Source: Candidatus Thermofontivivens primus
GTDB taxonomy: Bacteria; Sysuimicrobiota; Sysuimicrobiia; Sysuimicrobiales; Thermofontiviventaceae
DNA length: 64,000 bases
NCBI GenBank assembly: GCA_031458695.1
Contig: JAVKJW010000008.1
Coordinates: forward strand, 2,967 to 66,966
Reading direction: 5' to 3'
The position numbers and the translations under genes were made by a program. Shown piece after piece: positions 10,198-19,100 of this stretch (the first letter of the stretch is position 1; every line of letters starts with the position of its first letter). The notes below the pieces were generated by a model. That model was not told the origin of the DNA. It worked only from the letters and a program-made list of their open reading frames with translations, and did no database searches.

Positions 10198-10859
10198 GGA
10201 TGACCCTTGGTGTCCTGACCATTGGACAAAGCCCGCGTGATGATGTTCTGCCCACTCTCCGAGAAGTGCTCGGAGATGTTCCCATCGTTGAGGGAGGTGC
10301 GCTAGACGGCTGTACGGAAGACGAGATCGTCTCCTTGGCACCGCATCCTGGTGAGAGTATCCTTGTGACGCGCCTTCGGGATGGACGTGCAGTGACGTTG
10401 GCACGAGACCGTGTTTTGCCATACGTTCAGCGTGCCCTAGAGCATTTAGAAAACAGTGCGGATTTGATCCTGTTCTTGTGCACCGGAGAGCTCCCTTCAC
10501 TGTGCTGTAGCCGGTTCTTGATTGAGCCGGCCCGCCTCCTCCACCAGGTCGTGTGCGGAGTTGCTGCTGGGCGCACCCTGGGGGTGTTGGTTCCACTCCC
10601 TGAGCAGGTGAGAGAAGCGGAGGAGAGATGGAAGCGGGCCTCGTCTCATGTGATTGTAAAGGCGGTTACCCCCTATGGAGGAGGGGATTTCTCCTCCGTG
10701 GGGAGGGAGCTGAAGGCCGCAGGTGCAGAGATCGTGGTCATGGATTGTATGGGCTACAGGGTGGAGCAGAAACGCCTCGTTATTGCGGCCTCTGGGCTCC
10801 CGACAATCCTCGCAGGGACTGCCGTTGCCCGCGTTGTTCGGGAGCTTATTTCCTCATAG
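10194..10859 (+). CDS. AroM-family protein
   Basis: MRMTLGVLTIGQSPRDDVLPTLREVLG... is the hallmark AroM N-terminus (LTIGQxPRxD). A GGGGAAGGGGGG RBS precedes the start. Confidence 0.75.
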   Translation: MRMTLGVLTIGQSPRDDVLPTLREVLGDVPIVEGGALDGCTEDEIVSLAPHPGESILVTRLRDGRAVTLARDRVLPYVQRALEHLENSADLILFLCTGELPSLCCSRFLIEPARLLHQVVCGVAAGRTLGVLVPLPEQVREAEERWKRASSHVIVKAVTPYGGGDFSSVGRELKAAGAEIVVMDCMGYRVEQKRLVIAASGLPTILAGTAVARVVRELISS

Positions 10860-10918
10860 GAGCCTAAGCCCCTCTCAGTCGTTCACCTGTGTGAATTTCC
10901 TGGCACGAAAGTTGAGGG

Positions 10919-10945
10919 TTGACAAGCGGACTTTGGTTGTATACT
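10919..10945 (+). promoter_or_regulatory. candidate sigma-70-type promoter (TTGACA-N15-TATACT)
   Basis: TTGACA at 10919-10924 and TATACT at 10940-10945. The 15-nt spacer is shorter than optimal. Confidence 0.4.
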
Positions 10946-10962
10946 TGTATGCAGGTATACAA
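10937..10962. promoter_or_regulatory. palindromic GntR-type operator candidate (TTGTATAC-N10-GTATACAA)
   Basis: Exact inverted repeat that fits the GntR-family nGT-N-ACn half-site rule. A third palindrome, TCGTATACGA, lies at 11001-11010. Confidence 0.45.
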
Positions 10963-10985
10963 ACACAAAGGCAAGGTCGTTACGT

Positions 10986-11270
10986 ATGGAATCAGTTTTT
11001 TCGTATACGAATCTTCTGCCTGTGGCAGTGAGGGACAAAGCATATGAGATGCTACGCCTTCTCCGTGACCACATCAACCGGTATCGCTACCTTACCATTG
11101 CCATCCCCGGCCGTCATCGAGCAGCTTCCAGAGAGCACGAGGTTCTCCTAGAGGTCCTCCGTGCGCGGAACCCTGAAGCATCGGAACGTGCAATGCGCGA
11201 ACACGTCCTAGAGGCCGGGAATTGGATGATGCGCAGGCTACGTGAAACGCACTTGAATGGAAAAACCTAG
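10986..11270 (+). pseudogene. GntR/FadR-family regulator remnant (FCD-domain C-terminal half only, no HTH)
   Basis: The 94-aa product (...EHEVLLEVLRARNPEASERAMREHVLEAGNWMMRRL) resembles the C-terminal helices of an FCD domain. There is no room for a winged-HTH between AroM (ends 10859) and this ORF. Confidence 0.4.
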
Positions 11271-11341
11271 TCCCTCTCCAGATGTAGCGTATATGTGTGG
11301 ACCGACCAGAGGTTTACTTAAGGTGACAGGAGGGAGCAGAG

Positions 11342-12226
11342 ATGGGTCCAGGGAGAAAATTACGTGAGATGTTGAAACAGCCTGGAGCTTACATCATGCC
11401 TGGAGCTCCGAATGCCCTCACAGCTCGCATCATCGAGGAGGCTGGCTTTAAGGTAGTGCTCTTCACCGGTGCAGGGTTTGCCAACATGGAGCTGGCAGTG
11501 CCTGACCTAGGGCTCACGACGATGACCGAAGTCGTTCAACAGGTCGGTCGTATCTGTGAAGCTGTGGAAATACCTGTGGTAGCAGATGCGGACACGGGCT
11601 ATGGCAATCCCCTGAATGTACGGCGTACAGTCCGTGAACTTGAACGTGCAGGTGCTGCAGCGATCATCATCGAGGATCAAACTTGGCCGAAGCGATGTGG
11701 CCACTTCGAGGGCAAGGAAGTGATTGACCGGGAGGACATGATTGCAAAGATCAAAGCCGCCGTCGATGCTCGACGAGATCCCGACACAGTCATCATTGCC
11801 CGCACCGATGCCCGGGCTGTCTTTGGCCTCCAGGAGGCGATCGAGCGGGCCAGGTCCTACGCTGAAGCTGGGGCCGATGCCACATTCATTGAGGCTCCTC
11901 AGTCTGTGGAAGAGCTGGAGCTCATTCCGAAAAGCATTCCTGTCCCGCAGATGGCCAACATGGTAGAGGGCGGTAAGACGCCCATCTTACCCTTCAGACA
12001 GTTAGAGGCAATGGGGTTCAAACTTATTGCCTATGCGAATGCAGCCTTGCGCGCAGCGATCAAAGGGATGCAGATTGTGCTTGCTGGGCTCGCACGTGAC
12101 GGAACGACGGAGAATGTGCTCGATCACATGGTGACGTGGGAGGAGCGTCAGCGGCTAGTCCGCCTGAGGGAGTATAACGAGCTAGAAATGCAGTACACGA
12201 CCATGGTGTCTAGGAAGAGCAAGTAA
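11342..12226 (+). CDS. isocitrate lyase/PEP mutase family protein (2-methylisocitrate lyase / PrpB-like)
   Basis: VADADTGYGNPLNVRRTVRELERAGAAAIIIEDQTWPKRCGHFEGKEV is the ICL/PEPM active-site region (KRCGH). RBS AGGAGGGAG. Confidence 0.8.
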   Translation: MGPGRKLREMLKQPGAYIMPGAPNALTARIIEEAGFKVVLFTGAGFANMELAVPDLGLTTMTEVVQQVGRICEAVEIPVVADADTGYGNPLNVRRTVRELERAGAAAIIIEDQTWPKRCGHFEGKEVIDREDMIAKIKAAVDARRDPDTVIIARTDARAVFGLQEAIERARSYAEAGADATFIEAPQSVEELELIPKSIPVPQMANMVEGGKTPILPFRQLEAMGFKLIAYANAALRAAIKGMQIVLAGLARDGTTENVLDHMVTWEERQRLVRLREYNELEMQYTTMVSRKSK

Positions 12227-12294
12227 AAAGGGATCATGGATTCAACCATCCGGGTGAAGCGTCCTGAGCGCTTACCAGCCTCGATGGATTTCAG

Positions 12295-12489
12295 ATGGCT
12301 AAGAAAGGTCAAGCTGGTCCCGCGCTTGCGATTTCTGCCATTGGATTGTTGATCAGAGGTACCCTTTCTGTAGTGGTCCTTACCGTTCTGGCTTGCCCTA
12401 TAGCTCCTGCGATGCTACGATTTGGTCCAGCTGAAAACTTCGTTTTGATGATCTTTGCCCTGATTCTTTCTGCTACTCTGATCGGTTGA
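12295..12489 (+). CDS. hypothetical small membrane protein (2 predicted TM segments)
   Basis: 64-aa hydrophobic ORF in a lower-GC intergenic islet. No family recognised. Confidence 0.3.
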   Translation: MAKKGQAGPALAISAIGLLIRGTLSVVVLTVLACPIAPAMLRFGPAENFVLMIFALILSATLIG

Positions 12490-12592
12490 TCTTTGCCGCG
12501 GTCTACTCTCCCCTTCATAAAATGTTCATACGAAGAAGGTACAATGTCATTGCAGAGGGAAAAATGACTTCAAAGGAGAAGGAGGGTCTACG

Positions 12593-12835
12593 ATGTGGTG
12601 CATGTTGATGCATCTGCTGGGGCATCAAAACCATCATCAGAACCATACAGGGCACAAAGACTCGGCGACGCCTTCTGAGGTCTCGTTTGAGGAGGAGCTC
12701 CTGAGGATCCTCAAGCGCCGCTATGCGCTGGGAGAGATCACTCGGGAGCAACTGGAAGAGACGAAAGAGGCCCTTGGTTTGGGAGGTCAGACTTCTTCCA
12801 CCCCGCAAGCTGAAGAGCACGCTGCTCATGTCTGA
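12593..12835 (+). CDS. SHOCT-domain protein with His-rich N-terminus
   Basis: SFEEELLRILKRRYALGEITREQLEETKEAL matches the SHOCT motif. N-terminus is MHLLGHQNHHQNHTGH. RBS AAGGAGAAGGAGGG. Confidence 0.6.
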   Translation: MWCMLMHLLGHQNHHQNHTGHKDSATPSEVSFEEELLRILKRRYALGEITREQLEETKEALGLGGQTSSTPQAEEHAAHV

Positions 12836-12886
12836 CAGCTTCCCCCAGGGGGATAGGTGGAACGTGGAGGCTTGGGAGAGGGAGAG

Positions 12887-13426
12887 ATGAAAAACAAGGC
12901 ATTGCGCATCCGCTACACAGTTACTCCCTGCCCCCTGGGCAACCTGCTCGTGGCCGCCACAGAGAAAGGGATCTGTTCCGTCATGTTGGGGACCTCCCCA
13001 GCCGAGCTCGAGGCTTTGCTTGTGAAGGAGTACCCCCATGCCGAGTTCCATCGTGATCCAGCTGGTTTGGATCGATGGGTAAGGGTTCTGTTGAAGTATC
13101 TTAACGGCCAGCAGCGTGCTCTCGATCTCCCTCTAGATGTTCGAGGAACCGCCTTCCAGCAGAGGGTGTGGGAAGAGCTTCGGAGGATCCCTTATGGCAG
13201 TACCCGTACCTACAGCGACATTGCCCGTGCAGTAGGGAGACCCAAAGCGTCCCGGGCTGTTGCCCGGGCCTGTGCAACGAATCCCGTTGCCCTCCTTATC
13301 CCTTGTCACCGCGTAGTGCGGAAAGGTGGTGATCCCGGAGGCTTCGGATGGGGGGTGGAGCGCAAGCGTGCCTTGCTTGCCCTGGAACAGTCAGTCCTCC
13401 TGTCTTCTCCCGGATCCTCCTCATGA
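12887..13426 (+). CDS. ogt: methylated-DNA--protein-cysteine methyltransferase
   Basis: IPYGSTRTYSDIARAVGRPKASRAVARACATNPVALLIPCHRVV carries the PCHRV active site. ATG 12887 follows GGGAGAGGGAGAG. Confidence 0.85.
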   Translation: MKNKALRIRYTVTPCPLGNLLVAATEKGICSVMLGTSPAELEALLVKEYPHAEFHRDPAGLDRWVRVLLKYLNGQQRALDLPLDVRGTAFQQRVWEELRRIPYGSTRTYSDIARAVGRPKASRAVARACATNPVALLIPCHRVVRKGGDPGGFGWGVERKRALLALEQSVLLSSPGSSS

Positions 13427-14248
13427 GCTTGTGCGAGCCTTCTGGACGACGCGGGCCATTGATCTATCCACGAGAAAGGGGAGGAAGGTATTGAGAGCGA
13501 CCGCCAGCCAATAGATACCGGGCAGGATTCGACGAGGCCGGGGGCGGTCGGCGAGACGGACAATTTCCTCTGCGACACGCTGGGGTGTTACACTCAGCCA
13601 GGGAGGAGAGGTGAGACCCAGATCCACGCGCCTCTCTCGGCCAAACTCTGTTCCCCCGACAACTCCCGGGGAGAGGACACAGACATGGATCCCTAGGGGA
13701 AGGACCTCTCGCCGCAGGGCCTCGCTGAATCCATCTAGCCCGAATTTGGTAGCACTGTAGACCGCTAGGGTGGGGGTACCGATCCGGCCGGCGACGGAGG
13801 ATACGTTGATGATCGTCCCGCGCCGGCGGGCGATCATGGCAGGGAGGACTGCCTTTGTCAACAAGATGGGGGCGATGAGGTTCACTTCAATTTGCCTGCG
13901 GAGAGTCTCCTCAGAGGATCTGTCGAACCAGTTATGCTCCCCGAACCCTGCGTTGTTCACGAGGACATCAATCTGGCCATAGCAACGCAGAGTCTCCTCC
14001 ACGACCCTCTTGATCTGTTCCGGCCGCGCGAGGTCAGCGGTTACCACAAGGCTCTCTGGCAACTCACGGGCAATCTGCTGGAGGCGGTCCACTCGGCGCG
14101 CGGTGAGGACGACGCGGTCCCCAGCGCGGGAGAAGGCCCTCGCAGTGGCCTCCCCGATCCCGCTCGACGCCCCTGTAACGATCACAACCCTCCCGCTCAA
14201 GGGTGCCCTCCTGCACGTGCTCCCTCCCCTGGGGAGACTCGGTTCCAT
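13421..14248 (-). CDS. SDR-family oxidoreductase
   Basis: VVIVTGASSGIGEATARAF...NNAG...YSATKFG carries the TGxxxGxG, NNAG and YxxxK motifs. Start set at the first ATG before the Rossmann motif (MEPSL...). It overlaps the PPTase 3-prime end by ~50 nt, so an alternative downstream start is possible. Confidence 0.75.
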   Translation of the reverse strand: MEPSLPRGGSTCRRAPLSGRVVIVTGASSGIGEATARAFSRAGDRVVLTARRVDRLQQIARELPESLVVTADLARPEQIKRVVEETLRCYGQIDVLVNNAGFGEHNWFDRSSEETLRRQIEVNLIAPILLTKAVLPAMIARRRGTIINVSSVAGRIGTPTLAVYSATKFGLDGFSEALRREVLPLGIHVCVLSPGVVGGTEFGRERRVDLGLTSPPWLSVTPQRVAEEIVRLADRPRPRRILPGIYWLAVALNTFLPFLVDRSMARVVQKARTSS

Positions 14249-15018
14249 CCCCCTGACCACTTCCAGTACCGCACCCTGAAACCGTGGCCTTCCACCACCA
14301 GGGATGCAATATAGCCGGGGACGGGGGTGAATTCCCAGAAGGTCCAACGCAAGAGTTCTTGTGGATCCCCTTCGACATCGACCAAGTGGGCAGGTTCCCC
14401 TTGGGCCAGCGAGACGGTGAAATGCCGAAATGAGGAGAAAAGCCCGACACCCCTCGCCTTGACGTACGCTTCCTTCCGTGTCCAGCACGTAAAGAATGCC
14501 TTCTTCCTGGCTCTCTCTGGGATTTCGTTCAGCATGGCCACCTCCCGGGGGGAGAAGAACCGGCGGGCGAGCTGTTCCACCGGGACCCCCTCACGAATGC
14601 GTTCAAGGTCAATCCCCACCGCCCGTCCTCTGGCCACAGCGTAAATGGCTACTCCATGGGAGTGGGAAAGGTTGAAACGGAGGCCGATGGAATTGAAAGG
14701 AGGTGCCAGCTCAGGTTTCCCATAAGGGTTATAGGAGAATCGCAATGCGCGAGGTTCGGCACCGATGTACCGGCTCAGGATCATCCGGAGGATGGCACGG
14801 GCCACCTGAGCGCGGCCCCGATTGGGAGAGGATGAGAGACGGGCGACCTGTTCGCATTCAATGGGACCTAAGGCTTGGTAGAAGTGGTTCAGATCTCCTG
14901 GTGAAAGGTTGAGCGAGGCGCGCCAGACATGGACCTCCTCCTGTGGGAGGACGAGATCCGGTGGAGCCTGAGACCATATGGCCTGCGAGGAAGGACGGGG
15001 GTCGCCCAAGGGAATCAC
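14197..15018 (-). CDS. 4-prime-phosphopantetheinyl transferase, Sfp type
   Basis: Contains YNPYGKPEL, GIDLERI and FFTCWTRKEAYVKARG, the three PPTase motifs. Confidence 0.8.
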   Translation of the reverse strand: MIPLGDPRPSSQAIWSQAPPDLVLPQEEVHVWRASLNLSPGDLNHFYQALGPIECEQVARLSSSPNRGRAQVARAILRMILSRYIGAEPRALRFSYNPYGKPELAPPFNSIGLRFNLSHSHGVAIYAVARGRAVGIDLERIREGVPVEQLARRFFSPREVAMLNEIPERARKKAFFTCWTRKEAYVKARGVGLFSSFRHFTVSLAQGEPAHLVDVEGDPQELLRWTFWEFTPVPGYIASLVVEGHGFRVRYWKWSGGWNRVSPGEGARAGGHP

Positions 15019-15119
15019 CTCGGTCCCATCTTATCCTCAGTTTCACCATCACGCAAGAAGATCTAGGAGGTTTTTCGGGGCTCTCTCAAGAAAAAATCAG
15101 ACATCTACAGGAGGTACTG

Positions 15120-16892
15120 ATGGTTGTCCGGAGTCTTGTCAAACCGAGTACGTACTTTGATTCGGTGACCTTGATGCTCGTGCAGCGGGAGGTACGCGAG
15201 CTCCCCGGGGTGCACGAGGCAGGGGTGGTCATGGGGACTGAGGTGAATAAGCAGCTGCTCCGGGATGCTGGTTTGCTCCTCCCGGAGGCAGAAGCCGCCA
15301 AGCCGGATGATTTGATTCTCGTTGTGCGCGCGGAGAGCGAGGAAGCAGCAGCTCGTGCGCTGGCACATGCAGAGGAATTGCTCCTAGAGCGCCACCGGGC
15401 TCCCCTCCTCCCCACAGAGGCCTATCGTCCCAAAACCCTCTCCTCTGCTCTGCGCATGTTGGAAGGGGCAAATCTGGCGCTCATCTCGGTCCCTGGGCGT
15501 TTCGCTGGGGGCGTGGCACGGGATGCGCTCCAGGCAGGGCTCCACGTGATGCTCTTCAGCGATAACGTTCCAATGGAGGAGGAAATCGAGCTGAAACGCC
15601 TTGCCGCCTCCCAGGGACTCCTCCTCATGGGGCCAGACTGCGGCACGGCAATCCTCGGGGGAGCAGCGCTTGGTTTTGCCAACCGCGTACGCCGTGGGTC
15701 CATTGGCATCGTTGGTGCAGCAGGAACTGGGATCCAGGAGGTAGCCTCCCTGATCCATCACGCTGGGGCAGGCATCTCCCATGCCATTGGGACCGGGGGG
15801 CGGGATCTCAGCACGGCGGTTGGGGGTGTGACGGCGATGCAAGCGTTGACCGCTCTCGCGGCGGATCCTAGCACCCGTGTCATTGTGTTCCTCTCCAAAC
15901 CCCCCGCCCCTGAGGTCGCGGGAAGGATCCTGCACCTTGCCCGCACCATTCCAAAACCCGTGGTGGTGGATTTTATCGGAGCCAGGATTCCAGCGGAGGA
16001 AGGTCTCTATGGGGCGGAGACTCTAGAGGATGCTGCTCGGATTGCAGTGGAGCTTGCTACAGGATCGTCCCCGCGCTGGCCTGAGTGGATTGCCCTTCCT
16101 GCCCAGGAAGCTACCCGCCTCGCCCCTTCACAGAAATATGTGCGAGGACTGTATAGTGGAGGCACCCTCTGCTACGAGGCCCTTGTGCTCCTCGAGCAAT
16201 ACGTCGGCCCTGTCTTCTCCAACACACCCCTCGACCCCCTCATGAGGCTGGAGTCTCCCCACCACAGCCGGGACCACACCGTAATCGATATGGGCAGCGA
16301 TGAGTTCACCGTGGGCCGGCTTCACCCCATGCTCGACCCGGAGCTCCGGATCCAGAGGTTGCTCCGGGAGGCAGAGGACCCGCAGGTTGCGGTGATCCTC
16401 CTGGACGTTGTGCTCGGGTACGGTGCCCACCCCGACCCAGCCAGGGATCTCGCCCCTGCCATCCGGGAAGCCCGCGCCCGCGCGCAGGCCCGAGGCCGGT
16501 GGCTCCCTGTGGTGGTTCCGGTTGTGGGGACCGATGAGGATCCACAAGGGTACCAATCTCAGGTTCAGATGTTGGTCGAAGCGGGAGCGTTGGTGCAGCG
16601 CAGCAATGCCCAGGCAGTGCGGCTGGCGGGTTTGATTGCGGAAGCAGCGGGGAGTAGGGGGAGTCCGCGCCTCCTCGCCGAGATGCCCGTAACCCCAATG
16701 GAGGAACCACCCCCGGATGTCAGGAGAATTCTTCCCCTACTCGCTTCCTCGCCCCGCGTGGTCAACGTGGGCCTCGAGGGCTTCACCCAAAGCCTTGTCT
16801 CACAGGGTGTTCCAGTCATCCACATGGACTGGCGGCCACCGGCCGGCGGCAAGAAAGAGCTGATCGATCTGCTCGATAAATTAAACGCGTAA
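15120..16892 (+). CDS. fdrA: FdrA-family protein (succinyl-CoA-synthetase-like; AllF/FdrA homolog)
   Basis: MVVRSLVKPSTYFDSVTLM, ALISVPG, MLFSDNV, LLMGPDCGTAI, GIVGAAGTGIQE and AIGTGGRDLS are colinear with E. coli FdrA as recalled. ATG 15120 follows AGGAGG. Confidence 0.85.
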   Translation: MVVRSLVKPSTYFDSVTLMLVQREVRELPGVHEAGVVMGTEVNKQLLRDAGLLLPEAEAAKPDDLILVVRAESEEAAARALAHAEELLLERHRAPLLPTEAYRPKTLSSALRMLEGANLALISVPGRFAGGVARDALQAGLHVMLFSDNVPMEEEIELKRLAASQGLLLMGPDCGTAILGGAALGFANRVRRGSIGIVGAAGTGIQEVASLIHHAGAGISHAIGTGGRDLSTAVGGVTAMQALTALAADPSTRVIVFLSKPPAPEVAGRILHLARTIPKPVVVDFIGARIPAEEGLYGAETLEDAARIAVELATGSSPRWPEWIALPAQEATRLAPSQKYVRGLYSGGTLCYEALVLLEQYVGPVFSNTPLDPLMRLESPHHSRDHTVIDMGSDEFTVGRLHPMLDPELRIQRLLREAEDPQVAVILLDVVLGYGAHPDPARDLAPAIREARARAQARGRWLPVVVPVVGTDEDPQGYQSQVQMLVEAGALVQRSNAQAVRLAGLIAEAAGSRGSPRLLAEMPVTPMEEPPPDVRRILPLLASSPRVVNVGLEGFTQSLVSQGVPVIHMDWRPPAGGKKELIDLLDKLNA

Positions 16893-16906
16893 GTCAGGGG
16901 GAGGGA

Positions 16907-18157
16907 GTGTGCGTGGATATTGACCAAGCAAACCAGCTCGCCGTCGAACGGATCCTCCAGAGCCAGCCTGTGCTCATTGGCGTTGCCCGTGCAGGAGAGG
17001 TCATTCCAGGGATGCACAAGAACTTGATCCTCCATGCGGGCCCGCCGATCGATTGGCCCCGCATGTCGGGACCTCTCCGGGGCGCGGTGATTGGGGGACT
17101 GATCTTTGAGGGCCTTGCCCGGGACGAACGCGAGGCGGTTGCGCTGATCGAGAGGGGAGAGGTTACATTCGCCCCCTGCCACCACCATCAGGCGGTCGGG
17201 CCCATGGCTGGTGTGACAACCGCATCAATGCCGGTGTACATCGTCGAGAACAAGACCTTTGGAAACTGCGCGTTCTCTGGTCTCAATGAGGGGTATGGGA
17301 AGGTGCTGCGGTACGGGGCGTACAGCGAGGATGTCCTCGCCAGGTTACGCTGGTTGCGCGATGTCTGCGCTCCCATCCTGGGGAAGGCGCTGGAGCTCGC
17401 CGGTGGGGTCGACATGAAAACCTTGATCGCCCAGCAACTCCAGATGGGCGATGAAGGTCACAACCGCAACAAAGCTGGATCGAGTCTCTTTGCCCGCCTC
17501 CTTGCCCCACACATCGTTCGTACCGGAGCGAAGACCGAGGATGTGGCGGCTGTGCTCACCTACCTGGCAGAGAACGACCTTGCCGTCCTCAACCCTGTCA
17601 TGGCTGCCTGCAAGGCCACCATGGATGCAGCCCACGGGATTGAGGGGAGCACGGTGGTTACGTGCATGGCCCGCAACGGCACCGACTTCGGGATCCGGGT
17701 GAGCGGGCTGGGGGACACTTGGTTTACGGCCCCCGCCGAGATCCCCGTGGGGTTGTTCTTCCCTGGTTTCCGCCAGGAGGATGCGAATCCTGACATTGGG
17801 GACAGCACCATCACCGAGACCGCCGGCATCGGTGCGTTTGCTATGGCTGCCGCCCCGGCCATCGTGAAGTTCGTGGGAGGCACCCCTCAGATGGCCCTGG
17901 AGTCCACCCTGGAGATGTACGAGATCACCGTGGCCGAGAACCCTCATTTTACCATACCTCAGCTGGACTTCCGGGGGACGCCCACAGGGATCGACATCCG
18001 GAAGGTCGTCAAGACCGGGATCACCCCTCGGGTGAATACGGGGATTGCGCACCGCCAGCCTGGAATCGGGCAGATCGGGGCCGGGCTGGTACGTCCACCT
18101 ATGGTCTGTTTCGAGGAGGCGTTGAGAGCATTCGCCGCCCGCATTGCAATGGGATGA
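16907..18157 (+). CDS. DUF1116-family protein (YlbE/AllG-like)
   Basis: GTG start after GGGGGAGGGAG. Contains HAGPP, GEVTFAPCHHHQAVGPMAGV, NEGYGKVLRYGAYSEDV and NTGIAHRQPGIGQIGAG. Confidence 0.8.
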   Translation: MCVDIDQANQLAVERILQSQPVLIGVARAGEVIPGMHKNLILHAGPPIDWPRMSGPLRGAVIGGLIFEGLARDEREAVALIERGEVTFAPCHHHQAVGPMAGVTTASMPVYIVENKTFGNCAFSGLNEGYGKVLRYGAYSEDVLARLRWLRDVCAPILGKALELAGGVDMKTLIAQQLQMGDEGHNRNKAGSSLFARLLAPHIVRTGAKTEDVAAVLTYLAENDLAVLNPVMAACKATMDAAHGIEGSTVVTCMARNGTDFGIRVSGLGDTWFTAPAEIPVGLFFPGFRQEDANPDIGDSTITETAGIGAFAMAAAPAIVKFVGGTPQMALESTLEMYEITVAENPHFTIPQLDFRGTPTGIDIRKVVKTGITPRVNTGIAHRQPGIGQIGAGLVRPPMVCFEEALRAFAARIAMG

Positions 18158-18256
18158 TGGGGGAGGAGCCCCAGCAAGTTCTCGTTTGCGCAAGATTTCG
18201 CCGGGACTCTGTTCTGAGGGTGCTAGACTCATCAACAAAAGGAAAGGAGGGAGAAG

Positions 18257-19093
18257 ATGGCCATGAAACCATTCGACATGAGCAAGTGCCGTGTCCTAGA
18301 CCTTTCCCAGAATTTCAGCATCGATTCGCCCCCATTTGCGTTCTACGAGGGCCCGAAGATCACCTGGGTCAAGAAAATCGCCTTTGAAGGGGTGAATGCC
18401 CAGCACATCTCCACCACTAACCACATCGCCACACACCTGGACTCGCCACTTCACTTCTACGACCCGGGTCCCGACATCTCCGGGATCCCCATTGAGCATC
18501 TCGTCGGCCCGGCCTGTATTGTGGACCTCCAACAGTTCGGGATTGGGGACTACGATATCTACGGACCCGAGCACTTCGAGCAGTGGGAGAAGAAGTACAA
18601 CATCAAGATCGAGCCGGGGGACATCCTGGTGATTCACACAGGCTACCATGCCTATTACAACGAGGATTGGTCGCCGCATACCCGGGAGGTTCATAAGGAC
18701 GCCCGCCCAGATCTTCCTAGGGCGTTCTTGCGACACCCTGGCCCTCGCGCGGAGTTCTGTGAGTGGGTCCTAGACCGGGGCATTCGTTGGTTGGCCATCG
18801 ATGCCATCAGCACGGACCACCCCTTCAACACGAAGGTCCGCACGGCCCGGCCGGACCTCATCCCTGAAGTGGAGAAGAAAATCGGGATGTCCATCGATGA
18901 GGCCTTCCCGTGGCCCCGCGACTACCAGGCGACCCATACCATGCTCTTCCCCAAGGGTGTCTTCCATGTGGAGAATGTGGGAGGGCACATCGATCTTATC
19001 CTGAATCAAAAGGTGTGGGTGGGCTGTTTCCCCTTCCGCTTCAAGGGAGGAGAGGCTGCGTTCTGCCGGTTCGTGGCCTTCGTGGAGGCGTAG
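18257..19093 (+). CDS. cyclase-family protein (kynurenine formamidase-like)
   Basis: HIATHLDSPLHF is the HxxTHxDxPxH metal motif of PF04199. Confidence 0.8.
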   Translation: MAMKPFDMSKCRVLDLSQNFSIDSPPFAFYEGPKITWVKKIAFEGVNAQHISTTNHIATHLDSPLHFYDPGPDISGIPIEHLVGPACIVDLQQFGIGDYDIYGPEHFEQWEKKYNIKIEPGDILVIHTGYHAYYNEDWSPHTREVHKDARPDLPRAFLRHPGPRAEFCEWVLDRGIRWLAIDAISTDHPFNTKVRTARPDLIPEVEKKIGMSIDEAFPWPRDYQATHTMLFPKGVFHVENVGGHIDLILNQKVWVGCFPFRFKGGEAAFCRFVAFVEA

Positions 19094-19100
19094 AGGGGAC

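Noticed and set aside
12515-13051. 178-aa minus-strand ORF
   Set aside because: It lies antisense across the SHOCT gene, the ogt start and the intergenic region, and its product has no recognisable features. It is a shadow ORF.
14943-15119. N-terminal extensions of ORF-track calls (also 30606-30929 for thiW, 31217-31441 for thiM, 30342-30725 for the amidase, 25112-25216 for DUF2877, 25670-26938 N-part for coxM, 49816-50109)
   Set aside because: The conserved protein N-termini and RBS-spaced internal ATG/GTG codons indicate shorter true genes. The extensions overlap neighbouring genes.
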